NCBI GenBank assembly: GCA_965237415.1 | Contig: CBDEFM010000002.1 | Span: forward strand, 1,024,001 to 1,088,000 | DNA: 64,000 nucleotides | Origin: Alphaproteobacteria bacterium | GTDB lineage: Bacteria; Pseudomonadota; Alphaproteobacteria; UBA828 | Direction: 5' to 3' | Part shown: positions 31,419-38,896 of the stretch, in pieces | Numbering within the stretch: position 1 is the first letter of the stretch | Layout of the letters: every line of letters begins with the position of its first letter | Notes under the pieces: model-generated | Databases searched by the model: none | Told to the model about the DNA's origin: nothing | Seen by the model: only the letters and a program-made list of their open reading frames with translations | Position numbers and translations under genes: made by a program

Positions 31419-31680
31419 CCCCGATTTCTCGCCCCGATTGCGGTTACGTTCCGCCGCCCACTTTGGCCTCACGTTAATTCCTATGCGGGATTTGCCGGGA
31501 TTAAGTGGGATTAAGTGGGATAAGTGGGATTCCGAGGGACGGGCGGTGGCCGGCACAGGCCGCGGCCACTCGACAGAGAAGGGCCCTCTCACCGCAACTG
31601 GCGCGCCCTCTCTACCCTCGCACCGCATCGCGTGACGATGACGCGCTCCCCCCGCGCCGTGCAGGGCACCATGGTCCGGG
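31419..31680. repeat. Dispersed non-coding element copy A with 10-bp-period GGGA array
   Basis: GGGA boxes start at 31487, 31497, 31507, 31517, 31526, 31536; homologous in inverted orientation to 55240-55461. Confidence 0.85.
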
Positions 31681-31832
31681 TCGTCGCGCGAGCCTGAAAG
31701 GTCTCGCGCGCGCAAGAAGAGTCACGAGCGGAACGCGCGCGGCACACGTAAAGCGGGCCAAGCCCCAGGCATCGGCCCCGCCGCCGTGGCGCCATGCTAT
31801 CGTGCCGGCGGGGGACAGAGGGGAGACATGTC

Positions 31833-32588
31833 ATGCGGTTGAACGGCAAGGTTGCGATCGTCACCGGGGGCTCGCGCGGGATCGGCGCCTGCATCGCGCG
31901 CCGCCTCGCGTCGGAGGGGGCGCAGGTCGCGGTGGTCGCGCACACGGCGCGCGCGAAGGCGGAGGCCGTGGTGCAGGAGATCGTGGACTCAGGCGGCCGC
32001 GCCGCGCCGTTCCAGGCGGATGTCTCGCAGGTCGCCGACTGCGAGCGGCTGGCGGCCGAGGTGGCGGAGGCCTTCGGCACCATCGACATCCTCATCAACA
32101 ACGCCGGCGTCTACCACCCGCTCCCCTTGGAGGAGACCACCGAGGCGCTCTGGGACGCCCAGATCGACATCAACCTCAAGGGCAGCTTCTTCATGATCAA
32201 GGCGGTGGCGCCGGCGATGAAGGCGAAGGGCGCGGGCAAGATCGTCAATATCACGTCCACCTTGGGCCTCGTCGGCACCAGCGCCGGCGCCGCCTATTGC
32301 GCGTCGAAGGGCGGCCAGATGCTGCTGACCAAGGCGCTCTGCCTGGAGCTCGGGCCGCACGGAATCAACGTCAACGCGGTGGGGCCCGGTGCGACGATAA
32401 CCGACATGAACGCGGCGATCCGCGCCCAGCCCGGCAAGGAGGAGCGCATGAACGACCTCTCGCCCATCGGCCGCTACTGGATGAACGCCGATGACATGTC
32501 GGGTGCGGTGGCCTATCTCGTGTCTGCGGAAGCGGACGCCGTGCACGGCGCCCACCTCATGATCGACCACGGCTGGACCGCCTGGTAG
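31833..32588 (+). CDS. Short-chain dehydrogenase/reductase (SDR)
   Basis: TGGSRGIG, NNAG, YCASK, NAVGPG. Confidence 0.93.
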   Translation: MRLNGKVAIVTGGSRGIGACIARRLASEGAQVAVVAHTARAKAEAVVQEIVDSGGRAAPFQADVSQVADCERLAAEVAEAFGTIDILINNAGVYHPLPLEETTEALWDAQIDINLKGSFFMIKAVAPAMKAKGAGKIVNITSTLGLVGTSAGAAYCASKGGQMLLTKALCLELGPHGINVNAVGPGATITDMNAAIRAQPGKEERMNDLSPIGRYWMNADDMSGAVAYLVSAEADAVHGAHLMIDHGWTAW

Positions 32589-32620
32589 GGCGCTCCGGCA
32601 TCGCGCGCGCAGCCCCGATC

Positions 32621-33322
32621 GTGTGCGGGCGATTCACGCAGCGCCTCTCGTGGCGCGAGCTTCATAAGCTCCTCGGCCTGATCGGCCCGGCCCAGAACGT
32701 GCGGCCGCGCTACAACGTGGCGCCGGGGCAGACCATCGCCGCGGTGCGCCTGAGCGGCGGCGACCGCCACCTCTCCATGCTGCGCTGGGGTCTGATCCCC
32801 GCGTGGGCCAAGGAGCCCAACATCGGCTACAAGCTGATCAACGCGCGCGCCGAGACCGCGCACGAAAAGCCCTCGTTCCGCGCCGCCTTCCGCGCGCGCC
32901 GCTGCCTGATCCCGGCCGACGGCTTCTACGAATGGGCGAAGGCAGGCAAGGGCAGAGCCAAGCAGCCTTGGCTGTTCGGGATGAAGGGCGGAGGCGGCTT
33001 CGCCTTCGCCGGGCTGTGGGAGAGCTGGACGGTTCGCGAGGGCCTCGCGCTCACCGGCTCCCTCGCCGAGTTAGAGCCGGGCGATACGCTGGAGACCTGC
33101 ACCATCCTCACCACCGAGGCCAACGAGACCGTGGCCCCCGTCCACCACCGCATGCCGCTGATCCTACCGGCGGCGGCATTCGACCCCTGGCTCACGGGCG
33201 ATGCGGTCCCGCTGGCCCCCTACCCTGCAGACGCCATGACCGCTCATCCAGTGAGCATGCTTGTCAACAAGCCCGCGAATGACGATGAACGGTGTGTGGA
33301 GGCTGCCCCTCCCCACGACTAG
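32621..33322 (+). CDS. SOS response-associated peptidase (SRAP/YedK/HMCES)
   Basis: N-terminal MCGRF, RYNVAP, NARAET, GFYEW, HHRMPLIL. Confidence 0.93.
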   Translation: MCGRFTQRLSWRELHKLLGLIGPAQNVRPRYNVAPGQTIAAVRLSGGDRHLSMLRWGLIPAWAKEPNIGYKLINARAETAHEKPSFRAAFRARRCLIPADGFYEWAKAGKGRAKQPWLFGMKGGGGFAFAGLWESWTVREGLALTGSLAELEPGDTLETCTILTTEANETVAPVHHRMPLILPAAAFDPWLTGDAVPLAPYPADAMTAHPVSMLVNKPANDDERCVEAAPPHD

Positions 33323-33464
33323 CGGCAGATGACAAAGTCCTCCGCTTCGGCTAATTCTTTTACATGTGGTGCCTGGTTGGCCAACAATTCTCTGACAGTC
33401 GGCTAGACAAAAGACCCCATGATACGCTCAATAGTTTTGGGCAGAGCGAAAGCTGAGTAACGCT

Positions 33465-34505
33465 GTGATTGACGAAAACGGATTTGAAGGCGACGAAGCC
33501 CCACCCTCCGCGCTGGAGATTGCTACGGATTTTGTCACTGGCGTGCCAGTTCCTGCGCCGCTTAAGAGAAATTTGCTCAAAGCAATCTCACGACTGTGCT
33601 CTGCTTTGATCGATAATCCCGTGGCGCACCTCCAGGGCAAAGCAGAAGAACGACGCGCGGTGACGAAGGCGCGCATACGGTTGATAGATACCACCGCCGA
33701 TCGTGTTGCAGAGCAAATGCGCCTAGATCCAGAGTATGCGCGGCGGGCAATTTCGCAGTTTGGCAATAGGATACTTCGAGAGCAGGTCAACCTGGATACG
33801 ATCACGCGAAAGGGGATAGAAGAATTAAATCGTGAAACGACTTCTAGATATGACACTTCTTCAGATGCGGAGATAAGTGACGATTGGTTAGCATGTTTTG
33901 AAGAGGAAGCACGAAAAAAGAGCGCAGAGGATACGCAGATATATTTTGCCCGTGTACTAGCAGGAGAAATTCGGAAGCCGAATTCATACTCGTTGAAGTC
34001 AATAAAGACCCTCGGTGAGATGGATCAGGAAATAGCCAAAGCGTTCCACAGGCTTTGTTCTATGAGCGTAATTTTGGGAGATGCATCAAATCAAATTATC
34101 GACATCCGTGTTTTGTCACTTGGTGGCAATGCCGCCAATAATTCGTTAGATAAGTATGGCTTGCCTTTCAACCTCCTAAATTTATTGAATGAGTACGGGC
34201 TCATCATCTCAGACTTTAATTCGTGGCGGGACTATCAAATCTGTATAGGTTTGGCCGTATCATCTGAAGGCGGTCAACCCCGAACAGTTCGTTTACCTCT
34301 TATCCATCAGGGAGTATCTTGGCTCATACAGCCGTTACCAGGACGAAACCCTAGTAAGAAGTTTAAGGTGCACGGAGTAGCGCTAACTCAAACTGGTCAA
34401 GAATTATCGAAGGTTGTTGAATTGGAGCCGATTGAAGAATATACGAGAGAATTGAAGAACTTTTTTCGAATAAGCAAGTTGGAAATGACGGCGTTGAGAA
34501 GTTAG
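33465..34505 (+). CDS. DUF2806-like hypothetical protein, AT-rich
   Basis: EQVNLD.I, ISDDWL..F...A, FARVLAGEIRKPNSYSLKS, LNEYGLI, LTQTGQEL pattern. Confidence 0.7.
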   Translation: MIDENGFEGDEAPPSALEIATDFVTGVPVPAPLKRNLLKAISRLCSALIDNPVAHLQGKAEERRAVTKARIRLIDTTADRVAEQMRLDPEYARRAISQFGNRILREQVNLDTITRKGIEELNRETTSRYDTSSDAEISDDWLACFEEEARKKSAEDTQIYFARVLAGEIRKPNSYSLKSIKTLGEMDQEIAKAFHRLCSMSVILGDASNQIIDIRVLSLGGNAANNSLDKYGLPFNLLNLLNEYGLIISDFNSWRDYQICIGLAVSSEGGQPRTVRLPLIHQGVSWLIQPLPGRNPSKKFKVHGVALTQTGQELSKVVELEPIEEYTRELKNFFRISKLEMTALRS

Positions 34506-34717
34506 TGTCCTGATCGAGAAGTTCGTATGCATTGCGGGAAACCCCAACACGTCATGGCCGGGCTTGTCCCGGCCATCCACGCGTTCGCCCAGCGTCCGAC
34601 GGGTCTGGCTGAGCGAGATGCCCGGAACAAGTCCGGGCATGACGTTGCAGGAGTGGCTGGTTCGGAGAGGTCAGACGCCCACTCCGAAATCATGCGAACT
34701 TCGGAAGCCGGACATTA
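34503..34717. mobile_element. MITE copy 2 (TA-ended, imperfect ~28-bp terminal inverted repeats) with internal REP-like double hairpin
   Basis: Left TAGTGTCCTGATCGAGAAGTTCGTATG vs reverse complement of right end TAATGTCCGGCTTCCGAAGTTCGCATG; internal palindromes at about 34551-34643. Confidence 0.75.
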
Positions 34718-34896
34718 GGTTATTTCAAGCTCTACGGCCTATAGAAAAGAGGCCCGAAAGTCTCGGGTGAGATCGCGCGCTCTATGCCCGGGGACCAATG
34801 TCCCCAAGCGTACCGCGCACAGCACCTGACTTGGGAGTCGGCGCGCCTCGTAACCGTTGCCACCGTTGGGAATTGCGCCTTCGGCAGGCGAGGGAA

Positions 34897-35184
34897 CTAC
34901 TTCGCCCCGGCAGCTCTCCGGAGTTGGGCCGCGGGCCGGAATCTGAGGGCCTTGGAGGCCCTGATCCGGATCGCCTCGCCGGTCTGCGGGTTGCGGCCCT
35001 TGCGCCTGGGGCGCTTGACGACGGTGAAGGTGCCGAAGTTGCCGATGGTGTAGCGGCCTTCCTTCTTCGACTTCTTGAGCCCGGCCTCGATCTCGCCCAG
35101 CACCAGGTCCACGGTGCGCTTGGCCTCGGCCTTGCTCAACTTGCCCTTCTTGGCGACGTTCTCGATGAATATGGCTCTGCTCAT
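34897..35184 (-). CDS. HU/IHF family DNA-binding protein
   Basis: LSKAEA, FGTFTV, RKGRNPQTGEAIRI, FRPA. Confidence 0.92.
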   Translation of the reverse strand: MSRAIFIENVAKKGKLSKAEAKRTVDLVLGEIEAGLKKSKKEGRYTIGNFGTFTVVKRPRRKGRNPQTGEAIRIRASKALRFRPAAQLRRAAGAK

Positions 35185-35300
35185 GGTCGGAAGCCCCTCT
35201 GTCGTTCCTTATAGCGACTCGAGTGTGACTAAACCGCTACATATAGCGGGTTTCAGGCGATGTACACCCCATAAATGTGAGACAATGGGGCGGCTGGCCC

Positions 35301-35332
35301 CTCCTCTCCTCTCCCGAGGGGAGGAGAGGGAG
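35301..35332. repeat. Purine/pyrimidine-asymmetric hairpin (REP-like)
   Basis: CTCCTCTCCTCTCCCGAGGGGAGGAGAGGGAG, similar in style to the hairpin at 38842-38886. Confidence 0.5.
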
Positions 35333-35357
35333 TGTCGGGCGGTCTCGGGCTTGGCCC

Positions 35358-35930
35358 TCAATCCGCGCGGCAGGTGATGCGCCAGTCGATGGCGCCGGCC
35401 TTGTCGCGGCGTTCGTAGCTCACGCGGGACTTCTTGAGCTCGGCACGCGCGATCTCGACCAGGCCGTCCTTGAGCGCGGGCGGCAGCGCGTCGAGGTCGA
35501 GGGTGACGGTGACGGGCTCCCGGCGCTTGCGCGCCTTTGCCGGCCGGCCTGCGCGCGCCGCCTGGCGTTGGCGGGGCGCCTCGTCTTCCTCTTCGCCGTT
35601 CGTCCCGTTCCGGTTGGCCCAGATCGAGTCCCAGCCGCTGCGGTAGGCCGGCGTCCTCACGCTCGAGAAGTAGCCGTAGTGAGCGTCTGACTTGCCGCCG
35701 ATGGAGTCGCGCGCGGACTTGCCGGCGTCATTGCCGGACTCCTTGGCTCCGTCCGACGACTTCGTGTCGGTGGAGGACGACTCCGGCGCCGTGCTCCCGG
35801 CGTCGTCCTTGGCCTTGGGCGTGGCATCGGCGCTCTCGCTCTTGCTCTCGGCCTTGGGCGCCGATTCGGTCTTGGGCGCCGATTCGGTCTTGGCCTTCGG
35901 TGCCTTCTTGCTGCTCTTGGCTTCGCTCAT
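35358..35930 (-). CDS. Hypothetical protein, Lys/Ala/Ser-rich low-complexity N-terminus
   Basis: Host-like codon usage; KTESAP repeats; ordered-looking HYGYFSSVRTPAYRSGWDSIW block. Confidence 0.7.
   Translation of the reverse strand: MSEAKSSKKAPKAKTESAPKTESAPKAESKSESADATPKAKDDAGSTAPESSSTDTKSSDGAKESGNDAGKSARDSIGGKSDAHYGYFSSVRTPAYRSGWDSIWANRNGTNGEEEDEAPRQRQAARAGRPAKARKRREPVTVTLDLDALPPALKDGLVEIARAELKKSRVSYERRDKAGAIDWRITCRAD
35853..35893. repeat. 18-bp in-frame tandem repeat (about 2.3 units)
   Basis: CTTGGGCGCCGATTCGGT x2 + CTTGG, encoding TESAPK repeats. Confidence 0.85.
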
Positions 35931-36129
35931 CTCTCTCGCTCGTCGACAGCTTCATACACGGGCCCTGGGGGCGTAACGGCTGGGGTATACGAGCAAGACC
36001 GGCCTGCATCAAGACCCCCGTTATGCCAACGTGGGACTGCCTCCCCGGCGCGCGCCGCCGGCCCGGCTTGGAGGCGCATTGCAAATGTGGAATATTCCGC
36101 CGCGCCACATGGGGAGGGAGACGCAGGCC

Positions 36130-37017
36130 ATGATGGACGATCGCGCGCCGGACGAGACCACCAACGTCACCGTGGACGGCCACAACGTCGTCGCCTACAG
36201 CTTCGGCTCCGGCGACGAGGTGCTGTTCTGCGTCAACGGGGGGCCGGGGCTCCCCTGCGACTACCTGCGCGACAGCCACTCCTGGCTCGCCGACAAGGGC
36301 TACCGGGTCGTGGCCTTCGACCAGCTCGGCACCGGCAAGTCGGACCGGCCCGACGACGAGGCGCTCTGGACCATCGAGCGCTATGTCGAGGAGACGGAGA
36401 CCGTGCGCACCGCGCTTGGGCTCGGCCCCGTCCATTATCTGGGGCAGTCCTGGGGGACGTGGCTCGGCCAGGAATGGGCGCTGACCTATCCTGAGAGCTT
36501 CAAGACCATCACCCTCGCCGACGGGGCCGGCGACATTCCGCACCTCGTGAGCGAGCTGCACCGGCTTCGTCAGGCTCTGGGGCCCGAGACCGAGGCGATG
36601 ATGCAGCGCCACGAGGCGGAGGGCACCCTCGAGCACCCCACCTACCAGGCGGCCATCACCATCCTCAACTACCGCCATGTGTGCCGGCTCGACGAGTGGC
36701 CCGCCCCGGTCATGCGATCCCTCGGCGACTGGAACATGGGGCCCTACATGGCGATCCAGGGACCCAACGAGTTCTGCTACACCGGCAGCATCAGGGACAA
36801 GAACTGGCTCCCCGATCTGCACCGGGTGCATCAGCCGGCGCTGGTGCTCTGCGGCCAGCACGACGAGCTCACGCCGGCGTGCTCCATGAAGATCGCGGCG
36901 GCGCTCCCCAACGCCCGGATCAAGGTGTTCCCGAACTCGTCCCATCTGCCGATGTTCGAGGAGCCGGAGGCCTATTTCGAGACCCTGCTGAGTTTCTTGG
37001 ACGCCCATCGCGGTTGA
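36130..37017 (+). CDS. Proline iminopeptidase-family alpha/beta hydrolase
   Basis: NGGPG, DQLGTGKSD, GQSWG nucleophile elbow, QGPNEF, HDE, SSHLP. Confidence 0.9.
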   Translation: MMDDRAPDETTNVTVDGHNVVAYSFGSGDEVLFCVNGGPGLPCDYLRDSHSWLADKGYRVVAFDQLGTGKSDRPDDEALWTIERYVEETETVRTALGLGPVHYLGQSWGTWLGQEWALTYPESFKTITLADGAGDIPHLVSELHRLRQALGPETEAMMQRHEAEGTLEHPTYQAAITILNYRHVCRLDEWPAPVMRSLGDWNMGPYMAIQGPNEFCYTGSIRDKNWLPDLHRVHQPALVLCGQHDELTPACSMKIAAALPNARIKVFPNSSHLPMFEEPEAYFETLLSFLDAHRG

Positions 37018-37038
37018 ACCAAGAGACGGAGAGAAAAT

Positions 37039-37305
37039 ATGGACGTCAAACAAGCAGTAGAGGTGGCAAAAGTCTATGTTTACGACCTATTTAAGGATGA
37101 AGGTGCAACGAACATAGGCCTGGAAGAAATTGAAGATGAGGGAGGATACTGGAAGATAACTATTGGCTTTTCCCGTCCGTGGGATCGGAATATTGGCTCT
37201 GTCCTAAGCGGCGCGACTTCTCGCACGTATAAGACTATACTAGTCGACGACGAGGACGGTCGCATCATGTCCGTGAAAAACCGAATTTTCCCCAAAGAAC
37301 AATAG
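37039..37305 (+). CDS. Small hypothetical protein upstream of PIN gene
   Basis: 88 aa, AT-rich, GGAGAG RBS-like sequence; GLEEIE...WKITIGF...RTYK...DGRIMSVK. Confidence 0.75.
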   Translation: MDVKQAVEVAKVYVYDLFKDEGATNIGLEEIEDEGGYWKITIGFSRPWDRNIGSVLSGATSRTYKTILVDDEDGRIMSVKNRIFPKEQ

Positions 37306-37309
37306 TTCG

Positions 37310-37774
37310 ATGCTTCCTACGAAAATATTTGTCGATTCGAACCTGCTTGTACTTCTTGTGGTTGGCGAAACTGACAAGAAGCTCATCGTGAAACATCGCC
37401 GCTTAAGAGAATTTCAAGAGGAGGACTACGAAAGACTGGTCAGACTAGTACATCATATTGATCAGATACTTATCACACCTAATACTCTTACTGAAGCGTC
37501 CAACTTATTGGCCCAACATGGAGAGCCTGAACGATCACGCTTTTTCGAAGTGCTTCGAATCCTTATCGAAGAGCATGAGGAGATTGTTGTGACTAGTAAA
37601 ACCGCTAGTCACAACAAGGAATTCGCTCGACTTGGCCTTACGGATGCTGCGCTCCTGGAGGTCGTTTCGAATTCGAATCCTTTAATCACAGTAGACCTCG
37701 CCCTATATCTCGCAGCCATAAGCAAAGAAAGCGAGTCCGCGTACAACTTTAGACATTACCAATCATGGCCATGA
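37310..37774 (+). CDS. PIN domain protein
   Basis: IFVDSNLL, TPNTLTE, LGLTDAAL, LITVD supply the four acidic PIN positions. Confidence 0.82.
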   Translation: MLPTKIFVDSNLLVLLVVGETDKKLIVKHRRLREFQEEDYERLVRLVHHIDQILITPNTLTEASNLLAQHGEPERSRFFEVLRILIEEHEEIVVTSKTASHNKEFARLGLTDAALLEVVSNSNPLITVDLALYLAAISKESESAYNFRHYQSWP

Positions 37775-37839
37775 ACCACCCTATCGCTCGGACAGTCATG
37801 TCAACCATCGACGATCCGGGCTAAACGGAGGTAAGAAGC

Positions 37840-38733
37840 ATGAATGCGAGCGAGAAGCGCGCCGCGCTCGCCGGCGCGATCAGGAACGGCCAGTTCGTCG
37901 TGGCCCCCGGCGTCTACGACATGATTTCCGCCAAGGTCGCCGACGGCATGGGCTTCCGCGCGCTCTACATGACCGGCTACGGCGTCGCGGCCTCCCACCT
38001 CGGCCTGCCGGACGCGGGGGTCGCGAGCTACGCCGACATCGTGAGCCGGGTCCGCACCATCGCGGGCGGCACGGCCTCGCCGCTGATCTGCGACGCGGAT
38101 ACCGGCTTCGGCGGCCTCCTCAACGTCCGCCACACGGTGCAGGGCTACGAAGACGCGGGCTGCAGCGCGATCCAGCTCGAAGACCAGGAAATGCCCAAGA
38201 AGTGCGGGCATACGCCAGGGCGCCGCGTCGTCCCCATCGAGGACATGGTGGAGAAGATCAGGGTCGCCACGGAGGCGCGACGCGATCCCAACTTCCTGAT
38301 CATCGCGCGCACCGATGCGCGCACGAGCCTCGGCCTCGACGAGGCGCTCGCCCGGGGCCATGCCTTTGCCGAGGCCGGCGCCGACGTGATCTTCATCGAG
38401 GCGCCGGAGAGCGAGGCCGAGATCGCGCGGATCGGCGAGACCTTCGACAAGCCGCTGCTGGCCAACATGGTGGACAGCGGCAAGACCCCCATCGTGCCGG
38501 CGGACCGCCTTGCGGCGCTCGGCTTCAACATCGCCATCTATCCCGCCATCGGCATGCTGCCGGCGGCCGGCTCCATGAAGCGCGCGTTCGAGGCCCTGCT
38601 GCGCGACGGCTCGACCGCCAACGTCGATGCGCCGATGATCTCGCTGCCCGAGATGCACACGCTCATGGGCTTCGAAGATGTCTGGGCCTTCGAGCGCCGC
38701 TGGGCCCGGCCCGAGGCCGAGGCGGCGGAATAG
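37840..38733 (+). CDS. Isocitrate lyase/PEP mutase family lyase (PrpB / 2,3-dimethylmalate lyase-like)
   Basis: YMTG, DADTGFG, EDQEMPKKCGH, IARTDA. Confidence 0.9.
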   Translation: MNASEKRAALAGAIRNGQFVVAPGVYDMISAKVADGMGFRALYMTGYGVAASHLGLPDAGVASYADIVSRVRTIAGGTASPLICDADTGFGGLLNVRHTVQGYEDAGCSAIQLEDQEMPKKCGHTPGRRVVPIEDMVEKIRVATEARRDPNFLIIARTDARTSLGLDEALARGHAFAEAGADVIFIEAPESEAEIARIGETFDKPLLANMVDSGKTPIVPADRLAALGFNIAIYPAIGMLPAAGSMKRAFEALLRDGSTANVDAPMISLPEMHTLMGFEDVWAFERRWARPEAEAAE

Positions 38734-38841
38734 GCGCCGGTTCGGCTCAAATCTTATTAGGACCGCGCGCGTCGCAGTCGCGCCGTCCAGGCCTGTTGCC
38801 CGGGGAGGGCGGAGGGGGGAACGTAGGCGGCGCCGCGGGCT

Positions 38842-38886
38842 CCCTCTCCGCCCCTGGGGGCGGAGAGGGCCGGGGTGAGGTGGGGG
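38842..38886. repeat. REP-like palindrome between convergent genes
   Basis: CCCTCTCCGCCCC-TG-GGGGCGGAGAGGG stem followed by CCGGGGTGAGG. Confidence 0.7.
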
Positions 38887-38896
38887 TGCTTGTTCC

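Noticed and set aside
31501-31514. TTAA...TTAA as a CtrA box
   Set aside because: Spacing is TTAA-N6-TTAA, whereas the CtrA consensus is N7
31487-31540. GGGATTAAGT array as a CRISPR array
   Set aside because: Units are 9-10 bp and contiguous with no unique spacers; no cas genes in the window
31263-31715. ORFs sharing the peptide ESHLSHLIPLNPG (also in 54914-55465)
   Set aside because: Starts and reading frames outside the core are not conserved and the second ORF overlaps recG; best explained as translation of the DNA repeat
34404-34770. Small ORFs such as MAGLVPAIH / MPGTSPGMT
   Set aside because: Translations of the REP-like palindrome inside the MITE
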